From Gonapodya sp. JEL0774 (taxonomy: Eukaryota), in NCBI GenBank assembly GCA_027604505.1, contig JADIIX010000125.1, positions 45,874-65,873 of the forward strand: a DNA stretch of 20,000 bases, read 5' to 3'. The notes beneath the pieces are model-generated. The model was not told the DNA's origin. It saw nothing but the letters and a program-made list of their open reading frames with translations, and searched no databases. Made by a program: the position numbers and the translations under genes. Positions within the stretch are counted from its first letter, which is position 1; each line of letters opens with the position of its first letter. Of this stretch, positions 11,265-20,000 are shown in pieces.

Positions 11265-12044
11265 TCACACCAACCGACGTCGCTTCACATTCCTATCAGG
11301 ATCGACCCCATTTCTTTTCCGTACACCTCCATCTCGCCTGCACATCTCCGACTCCAGATCCGCGCGACACTCATAATTGTAGTACTTTCTTTTCGAAGCT
11401 TTATCAAGAACCTCCCGCAGATCTTTGGCTATCTCTGTGATCTCATTCTCAAACCTTCCAAGAAGATTCGCAGACGCTAGAGCCGCCACATCCGCTCCCA
11501 TGCCCCCACCACCGCCAACTCCAACCACTTCCGCAAGCACCTCCCCGCATCTCGTCTGCAAAAACACCGTGGCATTCCCAAAGCTCGCCCTCTTCCCCTT
11601 CATCTCAGCAACGAGCCCACGGAACTTTTCATGGTGCTCCCTCAAATCGTGCAGTGCATCCAATGTCAGACCACTCAAGTACGCCTTCGTCATAGTATTG
11701 CCGCCCGCTTCCGCATCCGCATCGTTCTCGCACTGTTGAAGATCATCCTTCTTCCTCTCCAGCCAGCCACGGGTCTCTTCCAGCTCTTCCCTTATATTCG
11801 GTCCAACCATTTCCGAAAGCGTTCTTGCTATCTCCCGCGCCTGCTCTTGCATCCACCCCACCCCCTCTCTCATTCGATCCTCGGGCGACTACATCGTCGA
11901 CCTGTCACGCCAACTTGCTTTCTTAGTTCACTCAGCCGACCTTCATTTCAAAATTTGTACTCACACTGCCGACATCAACGAGTTCTGCGAGTTCTGTGTG
12001 TTCGCATCCAGCTGCAGTTGTGATGTGTGCACATCCTGGTTCAT
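11265..12044 (-). CDS. Hypothetical helical/coiled-coil protein with basic C-terminal NLS-like end; possibly a pseudogene
   Basis: 202-aa ORF at 11873-11265, E/L/R-rich and helical, ending RKRNGVDPDRNVKRRRLV. A plausible upstream exon 12044-11965 (MNQDVHTSQLQLD...; intron GTGAGT...CAG at 11964-11902) joins in frame but meets a TAG at 11891-11889. Confidence 0.55.
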
Positions 12045-12273
12045 CACTCAAAAAACTCCCAATCACTCATCGTTCCCCCCCCACTCACGCTCATCCCCAT
12101 CGATCCCGATTCTCCATCCATGTTCATTTCACCTCTCTTCAACCCAACTCCTTCTCCTTTTATCAGAAACATCCCCTGTGGTACGGTCAATCAGCCGCAG
12201 AACCCCCCTTACCCCCCTACCCCCTCTCATAAACATCCCCCCACATCCCCTACCCACTCACATCCCCCCCACC

Positions 12274-13418
12274 ATGCCTATGTCTACCGGTGGTCAATAT
12301 CCGCGACCTCCCCGCCTCTACGAACAAATTGATGATGATGGTTCGGACACCGATGGTTCAGTCAAGGTGACTCGGCTCTCCTTACTTCAAATCCATACCC
12401 ACTCTTCACAACCTCTCTGTACACCCCCAAAAGGCATCAACTGCTAAAAGGAAGAGGCCAGCTCAGGCATTGCTCTTTCTTTCTTTCTCCCATCATTTCA
12501 TCCTCCATCACCCACCGATCATCCCTCCTAGAAATCCTTTGTCCTCCATGACTCAGACTCAGACTCAGACTCAGACTCCGACTCAGACAATGATGATGTC
12601 ATCAACCTCACACCTCAGCCGAAACGCCCAAAAGTGAGGCGACTCAGCCAGTTTTGCTACAAACTCTCACACACCCCCCCCCCCCCCCCCCCCCCCTCAT
12701 TCTCCCCATCCATTAGCTCATTTCCTATCAGACGTTCGGCAATGAGCAAAGGGACTTGCATGCCCTCGATCGAGACTTTCCTCTCCTCAGACGGGACTCT
12801 CCTCTACCTGTTCATCGCTCCCTCATCGAGGCATCTTCTTTCGCCGACTTGGGCATCCCCGACGACTCTGAATTCCTTGCCCGCAACCTCGTATGCACCG
12901 CTTGCAAACTCAAAGTCGTCACCACCATCATTTGCACCCGTGGCTGCGAACTCTGCGCAGACTGCGCTGCCAAACTCTCCCAAGACTCACAACCACTCTC
13001 CAAGTGCTCCTTCACCTGCGGTCAAGGCATCCTCTACTCCAAAGAACATCAAGGCTACGCCCAACGTGCAGTTATCGTCGCCAATTCCGTTCCAACCTCG
13101 TGCTCCTGGTGTCACAATCACATGTCCTTTGCAGAACTCTTGAGACACCGTTACGCTTCCTGCATCTACACCGTGTGCACCCTTCCCGGCTGCGGCGCCA
13201 CCATCCTCAGGAGCAAGGAGCACTTGCACCGTTCCCTCGACTGCACTTCAACCAAAACTGGCGGCTTCTGCCATAACCACTGGCTTTCCATGAAAAGCCC
13301 CGGGAACATCAGCCTTCACTTTGCAGGCCCATGCGATTTCCGCGCCGACAACGCACGCAAGCTGACTCAACACCAGACACACTGTAGTTTCGCCCATGAG
13401 AGTTTCACTGTATTGTAA
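12274..13418 (+). CDS. RING-type + TRAF/SIAH-like zinc-finger protein (putative E3 ubiquitin ligase) with acidic N-terminus and SIM-like motif, ~293-304 aa
   Basis: Exons are 12274-12366, an optional 12434-12466 (needs a GC donor), 12532-12633 and 12732-13418, all phase 0. Cys pattern CTAC...ICTRGCELCADC...KCSFTC, followed by CSWC-x11-HRYASC, CTLPGC-x11-HRSLDC and C...PC-x11-HQTHC. The N-terminus has (DS)6, DDVINLT and PKRPK. Confidence 0.75.
12550..12588 (+). repeat. Coding hexamer microsatellite (GACTCA)n encoding DSDSDSDSDSDSD
   Basis: GACTCA x4, GACTCC, GACTCA, GAC seen directly inside the predicted exon 12532-12633. Confidence 0.9.
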
Positions 13419-13671
13419 CACTAAATACAGCAGTGGTCATAAAGAATTATCAATAGCATAGTATTGTTGAAAAAATTGAGCAACAGGTGTAAAGCACATT
13501 ACTAAAAGTCTAGTATGGAAAATTGCTGTACAAGTGTCAGACGAAGGTTGACATTTTCGGGGCCGCCTGCTGAGTAGAGAGCAGGTCGGAGCGAGAGCTT
13601 TTCGCAAGGCGGTGGTTCATTCCCTGCTATGGAAGAGTCCTCTTTCCCTCTTCTCGCACGTCGCTTTTTCA

Positions 13672-14052
13672 GAGAATGTCACCTCAATAAAAAAAGAGTA
13701 ATAAATCTGGATTGGGTACCAGCTACACTGACCAACCGTTAGGCAATCGAGTGCAATATCCGTGTACTCTTTTGCTTCTAGAGAAACAAGGTTCTCTTGG
13801 TAGTCTGTTGAGGATCCCATGAGCAAGGAAGAGTAACTTCGCAGTGGTCAAGTACCAAGTCACAGTCATGCAATTAGTGCCATTGTTGAATGAATGGAGC
13901 ACACTGTGTACTTTGTGGTACTTTGCGACCGAACGTTTCGGCTGGTCAAATTCCAAGGAAGACACTATGAATATGTCATTTTTCTATTCAATGCGTCCAG
14001 AAGAAAAAATCAAATTGCATCGACATCATCGTCATGATGAGGTGACATTCTC
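13672..14052. mobile_element. MITE-like non-autonomous element (381 bp) with 15-bp perfect terminal inverted repeats
   Basis: GAGAATGTCACCTCA (13672-13686) and TGAGGTGACATTCTC (14038-14052) are exact reverse complements, extendable imperfectly to ~13662/14063. The interior is AT-richer with no convincing ORF. No clean TSD. Confidence 0.55.
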
Positions 14053-14279
14053 AATGAAAAGCGTAATAATTTCTCATGTATTTACGTTTGGAAAACAAGG
14101 CAATTTCGTCTTTCAGACACACGGCAAATACACACTTGTAATACATATACAGTTTTAGAATAACCACACATTCGCAGCAACCCCGGTTACTTTTCTCCAA
14201 ATGCAATCAATCTCTCACATATCCGTCGCCGCCAGCCATCTCTCCCTCCTCCGTCCCTGCAAACAATCTCTGCAGTTTT

Positions 14280-16373
14280 TTACCTGGTTTGAGTTCCTTT
14301 CTTCGCCACCCCAGTGATGCCACGTCCCCGATCCGGTGGTTTCGAGGTGAGGTCGGACGAAGAAAAAGCGGCCCTCCTTTTCTTTTCAACCGCCTTCACA
14401 CGCTCTTCCATTGCACGTGTAGTGCGTACGGGGATCCTTGGAGGAGACGACCAGATAGGCACTTGGGTGGGCCTGGGGGTTGATCGTCAAAGGTGTGCTA
14501 CCACACACTCGAAACGCACAACTAACCTTGTGATTTGTCCTGCAGTCGCTGTCAACCTTGGTGTTGCCTTGATAATGGTCTCCGCTTTCACAGCAGGGCT
14601 GAAAAGTTGCACGGTTGATATTTCGCGCTTCCCCCCCCCCCNNNNNNNNNNCGTTTACATCCCTGGTTTTAATTTTCTCCGTTTTTCTTTTTCGCGTGCC
14701 CCCCCCCCCCCCCCCCCCCCCTTTAAACAACGGTTCAACCTTACCTTACAGCCGTAGCAGGACTCGCAGGTATCTTTTCCTGATTATCAGTTGCATCGAC
14801 ACTAAAGTAAACTGTCAGATTGAGACTCTCCTTTCCAATGAGACTCACGATTGACATACCCGACCCCCCTCACGGAAGTCGAATCACCTGACTCAAGTGT
14901 CTTGGCTCCCGCAAGTCTCACTCCCGCGGACGCCTTGCCTTTGCCCTTCTCATCTTCTCCCTTGGAGACTTCTGGTTCGCCATCACGACTGTCCTCATTG
15001 CGGAGTGCTTCATCAAGCAGCTCCCCGATACAATCGGCCCTCTCTCCGACCGCAAGAATCAACCCAATGAACTCGCACACCACCTCCCAAGTGGCGTCGC
15101 GACTGGTGGGTATGGTCACGCACGGATATATTGGCATAGTCACAGCAATGTCGCTGCTGCCATACGGCTCCTGAGTTGCATACACGTAGATGCAGGGGCC
15201 TTGTGCAAGGATGAGCAGCGATTCCAGCAGACGCTCTCCCTCTCGCCTCTCGCCACGGCCCTTCCGCATTTCGCGGACACTGTGGGCGCAACTACAAGAC
15301 CCTTTCATGGCGTCTAGCGGAAAGTCCTTGTTCGACGGGCTCTTCGCCTCCAACTCCACCAGACTGTGCTTACCGGACGTCCACGTCTTGTCGGGTCTGT
15401 CATCCTCGTTGCCATTCGGAGGCTTCTGGTTGCGGAACATCCGCTTCCAAGACGGCCACTTGGTAAGCAGCTCAAAAAAGAGTCCTGTGAACATGGTTGT
15501 GGTCTCCTCGCTGTCAAACGCGTCAGGCTGCGAGACTGGCTCCAGCAGGCGCCACCTTTTAGGTGCGTGTCAGAGCCAAGACGTTCACCGAGAGTAAGCT
15601 ATCACTCACCACGTTAACAAAAGCGAATGGATTGGGAACAGCTCTGTCTCCCAAACCTCATTGAAGTGCTCCTCGCCTTCAAAGCCGATGTCGGATCCTT
15701 TTACTCCTCGATGCGTCTTCCCTTCTTTGAGTTGCTCCAGAGTGAAGCGAACCAGATTCTGTTTCTGGACCGGCAACTCGATGTTGAGATCGCGATTATC
15801 AAGCACGTGCTCAAAATAGGCCTGGAGCTGTGGATTTCGCCGAAGTGGGTCGAACTCGTAAGGGTCCATGAGAACCTGCTTGGTCATACTGGTGGCCACC
15901 CGTCGTGTCAGTACATAAAGCCTTATAATCGCAACTATAAAAAAACCTACGGGTTGTGATGATTTTGGTCCGCGTGATTATACGACCCACTTTTGTTCAT
16001 GGTGTGCAGCAGTTTCTTCACGAGGTCGTCCTTCTCCTTGTCGCCTCTGCGTGAAGTTGATAATTTCCTGATCCTTTCGACGATGGCGTCGTCCAAGGCC
16101 TTCTGGTTGGCCTCCGACCTGCCAGACCAGATCACACTCGGGTACTCCTTTCCCAAGGTCTCAAGAGAGACCATCCCGTTACTCCTCATCTCTCCATCGA
16201 TGAACATCGTGTAGTTGCCAGGATTGAAGCTGAAACTGGGAAACGGAAGAACCAGTCAGTTCTTCGTGGCCATGGCTTTCTCAAACATTGCGATTCGAGC
16301 CATTGGCCGCTGCTGCTTCCACCAAGGTGACACATCGGACATACCTTGCGCTGGATTCGCTTCGTTGAGACAT
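14280..16373 (-). CDS. Putative PD-(D/E)xK restriction-endonuclease-fold protein with disordered basic C-terminal tail, ~536 aa, 7 exons
   Basis: Exons are 16373-16345, 16235-15951, 15888-15610, 15555-14860, 14801-14745, 14598-14527 and 14472-14280 (1611 nt). All six GT-AG introns are phase 2 and keep the frame open, including the one spanning the N gap. Motif RPDKTW-x5-SLVELEAKSP at ~15340-15400. The gene model is better supported than the fold call. Confidence 0.6.
14631..14721. other. Scaffold gap (10 N, 14642-14651) between poly-C tracts, lying inside predicted intron 14599-14744
   Basis: C11, N10, a pyrimidine-rich low-complexity spacer, then C23. Exon phases match on both sides, which supports a correct scaffold join. 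Confidence 0.9.
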
Positions 16374-16489
16374 GCCTGGCCGACGAATGCAGCTGGAGTT
16401 GGAAGAAGGATTCAAAGTGGCCACTGTCTGTGCCCCTGCACACACTATATTCTGTCACATTACCAATTCGTGTTGCTTTTTACCATCAA

Positions 16490-18264
16490 TCAACGAAATA
16501 AACGTTGAACTCTATGTTCTTTCCACATTCTCTCCGTGATTCCGTCTCTACTCAATCGTTCCCCTATTCGACACCAACTGAAGCGATCTGTCAGGTAATC
16601 CCAGCGAGTGGAACAGCCAATACTCGAAGCGTTTGTATAAAACGCAATGTCCAAGAGCATCTCTGGAGCTTTCCAGTCCGGTGCCTTGATACCACCGAAA
16701 TCGCCTAGAATGGGCCGTCCAAGCTGTCTCTCAACCGCACGATGCGCCAACTCCTCGAGATCCGCCACCGTCCACACGGCCACTTCCCCCGGGCCAGGCT
16801 CCTTGTAGTAGATGCTGACCTCTGTCCAGAGTCCAACTCGGACTTTTCGACCTCCGAACCAGGGATGATTGGGATCTTTGTACCAGTCACGAGCATACGC
16901 TTGGTTCTGCAGAAGAAGCATCTTCTCGGGAACCCGGTACAGGGGACCCGCCAAGTCGTCTGTCCGCGGATCGGTGAGGTGTTCACTGTCTGGTGTCCGG
17001 CGCGCGAACTCCCTCGGGTATATATCCTCGTATCCGTAGCACGTTTGATCATTATAATCGGGATGTCGGTACATAAACTCGTAGTCGAACGTTCGAATGC
17101 TAGAGTCATACACATCCAGCGGGACGGCCGAACCATTCGCGGTGACGAGGGTGTGACGAGCAACGACGTTGAACCCGGGCCGCATGCGATCCTCGTCTTC
17201 GTGTCGTGGGCGTCCCATGCCATTGACAATCACAATGTTGACTTTAACGGGAAGTCTTCGGTCTGGTTGCATTTCGTACATGATGGTATACCACCACGTG
17301 CGGCAGACGTAGCGGTCCACCACGAACCATTCAGGCGTGTGAATATACTGGAATATTTTGCAGAGAACTTCAGGAGGGAAATGAGCGATGGACGCTTGAG
17401 GATGGAGGGGGTCTGTAGTCTCGTTCTTCGCGGCAGCGGTAGCGTCTCTGGTGCCGCGAGAGCGTGTAGGCTGCTATAGGACAAGTACATCAACTTGAAG
17501 TTGAGCAGAGCGATTCTGACTCTAGCAACTTACTTGGGTTTGAGGCGGTCGACGCGAGGCAGATGCCGATTGCCATTGAACGTCAGCGGGCAACTGTTCC
17601 TTTCGGCGTGACCGTTTTGTTGCCGCTGCAAAACTCTCCCCGGAAGATTCGTCGAGTTTACGTTTCTGAGGTGCAGTTGGGTGTGAGGGAGCTTGAGCGG
17701 GTACAGAGTTGACGGGCAAATCCTTGCAGAGGAGTTGTCGCGTGTCGTTTTTCGGAACATGGTCCGGACTCAGTCTCGTATCCAATCGATCATTCCGATT
17801 CCGATGCTGAAGGATACATTGTGGGTGAGCAGCCGAACACGAAAAACGGAGAGCCCGTTGGTACGGCAAGTGAAAAGACTCGCCTTGGCGGCATTTCTCA
17901 CAGTCGGTGGATATACGGCCGACGACAGTGTAACGTGATTTTTCGAGCGAGAGAGACGGGGTGCGGAGAGCGGCGGGGGGACAGGAGGCGATACTGCTTT
18001 GCCCACTCGAAACGGAGGTTTTTCGGGTTCCGATGGACGAAAAGCTTTCCCGGGCACATTTCTCACTGCAGCATGAAGTGGGGATGTTGGTGAGATGGGT
18101 TTGGGTGGTGGTTTACGGAGTGGATTGGGAGCATCAGCGGATTTAAAAGTGTTGGGCTGGCGCCGAGGAAGGCGAGACGAAACCGAAGGCGCAGGAAGCG
18201 GGGAACGAGTTTTGGCAACTTGCTGAGTGGTGCGTGAGCGAGAAATTGGTTTCACCGCGGGCAT
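16490..18264 (-). CDS. F-box protein with long basic Pro/Ser-rich N-terminus and uncharacterised C-terminal domain, ~545 aa, 3 exons
   Basis: Exons are 18264-17884, 17806-17534 and 17473-16490 (1638 nt). F-box consensus SIAHFPPEVLCKIFQYIHTPEWFVVDRYVCRTWW at ~17290-17392. Intron 1 is AAG|GCGAGT...CTCAC...CAG (GC-AG); intron 2 is GTAAGT...TAG. Confidence 0.75.
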
Positions 18265-18595
18265 CAGCGTGCTTGTGTGGAAACGGTTCGAGTAGGCTGG
18301 AATGCTCGCCTCTCCCTAGGGTGCCTGACTGGAAAATTTGAAACGCTAAGTCCAAGTCGACCCTTGGGGAGAGGCTGGTATAATTCGGTGGATAAATTTT
18401 TAGAATCCCAATTACTTTCGCCCCCACTGACATACAATAAAACCCCCCACTTGCTGCATCAATCACCGCCTAAGCTTTGATCCCCCGCCGGTTTGATCCC
18501 AATGGGAGCTCTCCTCGTCGTCTTCGTTGTCGCCGCCCCTCGCCGTCGGACCGTCCAGAGTCCGTGTTGAGACTTGAGCCCCATCCCCATTCGGC

Positions 18596-19656
18596 ATGCT
18601 AAAACGTAAATCCAGTGAGTAATGAGAGTGCGCTGAGCAGGCATTGGGAAAATCAAAGCAGCGGAGTGTGACAGATGGTGTCCCCTCCGAATCTCATGCA
18701 GCTGTCCTCCGTCCCCCGCCTCTTCCTCCTCCCGAGTCCGTATTTCCCTGCTGGGCCCTTCCTAAAGATGACAATGATGCCATTGCTGTCATTGAGACTG
18801 AATGGCTCCCAAAACTTGGACTGGATGGCCGCTCACTTAAACCTCTACAGCGCGATGCCATTCTCGCTGTGCGTCACGGAAGAGACCTCGGACTTTTCGT
18901 CACTGTCACTGTTGAATATGGGAAAACACTTGTTATGTGGATTGCAGGACTGATGCGGGGTGGAGTGACAGTGGTGATATGTCCTCTTATTAAGTTGGCA
19001 AACGATCTTGTGAGTCATGTTCTCCCTTGGACTCCTCGCCTCCAGCTCATTATGAGATCTCCCACAAGGTACGACAATGCAATGCGGCAGGATTGACGGC
19101 GACTGCTCTGAACTCCGAGATGGAAGACAAGGCGGTTCAAATGGGGAAGGCCTTTTCCGGGAAAGTCCAATTCGGTGAGTTGTGTTCCTATTGCTTGTGC
19201 ATGATGTGCGGCTCTGAGTAAAGTCTGTTGAAGTGGTCATTGGACCGGAGATGGTTACAGCTACGGCATCTTGTTTCAAAAGTGACTACGGGTCACTCAT
19301 TAAGACCATTGCCGTAGATGAAGTGCACACTCTGGTCACAATGTGGGTCTACGTTTTGTCGCTTGGCTCAAAAATATAACTAATTCTGACTATGTGTGTA
19401 TCTTGAAAGGAGTCATTTTCGGCCTTGTTTTGAAAGCATCGTGAAATTGCAGCAATGGATTACACTGAATCGGGAATGCAGGGATGTGGTACGGATCGCT
19501 ATGACTGGCACTCCGACCCTGAGGATCATTGGGACCCTCGAGAAACTGTTGGGCTGGGCACAACCTGGCTCATACACATGGGTTGGAGGAATTCCCGATA
19601 GGAGTAACATTTACTACTGGATCATGAAGAGGTCGGCCACTGAGCCTTGGTTAGAG
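18596..19656 (+). pseudogene. RecQ-like superfamily-2 helicase, N-terminal RecA domain only; degenerate and interrupted
   Basis: Exons are ~18626-19009, 19069-19174, 19234-19342 and 19410-19656. Motif 0 LKPLQRDAI, altered Walker A TVEYGKTL, Ia VVICPLIKLANDLV, II IAVDEVH, then HFRP, III IAMTGT and DRSNIYY. The nearest in-frame ATG (18596) is followed by TAA TGA at 18620-18625. After the donor at 19657 the sequence switches to a repeat-rich TE-like end. Confidence 0.75.
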
Positions 19657-19663
19657 GTATGTT

Positions 19664-20000
19664 CAGTGACGCCATGACGAGCAGCTCGAAAGATCGGGCT
19701 CGCTCGATGCTCGCCGAGCCAAGCCCGATTTCGAGCTTTAGATTTTAGCATCGAGCATTTTGTATTCGAGCTCGAGCCGAGCTCGAGCATTGGTACACTC
19801 GAGCTCGATCCTTTGGGTTCGGCTCGCGAGCAATGCTCGAAGTGGACCAGCCACACAAATACATAATCAACCGACTCTCTTTCACGCCCACACCGGAAAT
19901 CCATTTGTCACAACACAACGTCAAAATACAGAAAATGAGTGATATCTCTGATGATGATCCGATGATTGGGTCTTCTGGCCCCGCAGGCCCTTCCGATCCA
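19664..20000 (+). mobile_element. Probable left end of a hAT-like DNA transposon
   Basis: Begins CAGTG, matching the YARNG hAT terminal consensus. It is followed by ~170 bp dense in GCTCG/CGAGC/CTCGAG motifs in both orientations (subterminal-repeat-like), then an ATG-initiated open frame at 19935. The right end is outside the window. Confidence 0.5.
19935..20000 (+). CDS. Possible start of an ORF inside the putative transposon (MSDISDDDPMIGSSGPAGPSDP...)
   Basis: The ATG is in an AAAATG context and the frame stays open to the window edge. It is too short to identify. Confidence 0.35.
   Translation, partial: MSDISDDDPMIGSSGPAGPSDP

Noticed and set aside
12634..13276. Alternative-frame plus-strand ORFs 12634-13143 and 12893-13276
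   Set aside because: They are by-products of C-rich, stop-poor composition overlapping the RING exon. The poly-Pro comes from an intronic poly-C run.
16742..17479. 245-aa plus-strand ORF and other long antisense ORFs (e.g. 8129-8566, 9090-9536, 15190-15597)
   Set aside because: They are shadows of better-supported minus-strand genes and have no recognisable motifs.
19670..19845. CRISPR-like or structured ncRNA interpretation of the palindromic repeats
   Set aside because: There is no constant-length repeat/spacer periodicity and the context is eukaryotic. Short motifs in both orientations fit transposon subterminal repeats better.
1..20000. Stop-codon reassignment (none of my gene models ends in TAG, and one has an in-frame TAG)
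   Set aside because: There is only one in-frame TAG in several thousand modelled codons, and eight stop codons are too small a sample. The kinase and GH26 translate cleanly with the standard code.
11265..20000. Endogenous giant-virus origin of the accessory block
   Set aside because: There is no viral hallmark gene (capsid, PolB, packaging ATPase) and the genes carry ordinary spliceosomal introns, so it is not supportable from this window.

Overview
This is intron-rich eukaryotic genomic DNA, most likely from a zoosporic fungus. The divergent ankyrin family present recalls the one expanded in Gonapodya/Monoblepharidomycetes; that attribution is inference from memory. All gene models were spliced by hand from GT/GC-AG sites and phase continuity. 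The left half (1-10.3 kb, all minus strand) holds two tandem ankyrin-family paralogues, a small low-complexity hypothetical gene, a 5-exon BUR1/CDK9-type kinase and a 13-exon secreted, probably GPI-anchored GH26 glycoside hydrolase that needs 20-, 13- and 4-nt microexons. The right half (11-20 kb) looks accessory. It contains a coiled-coil gene with a possible premature stop, a SIM + RING + TRAF/SIAH zinc-finger protein, a 381-bp MITE-like element, a 7-exon PD-(D/E)xK-like nuclease gene, an F-box gene with a GC-AG intron, and a degenerate RecQ-like helicase apparently cut by a hAT-like transposon end at the window edge. There are two 10-N scaffold gaps at G/C homopolymers. No rRNA, tRNA or CRISPR array was seen.
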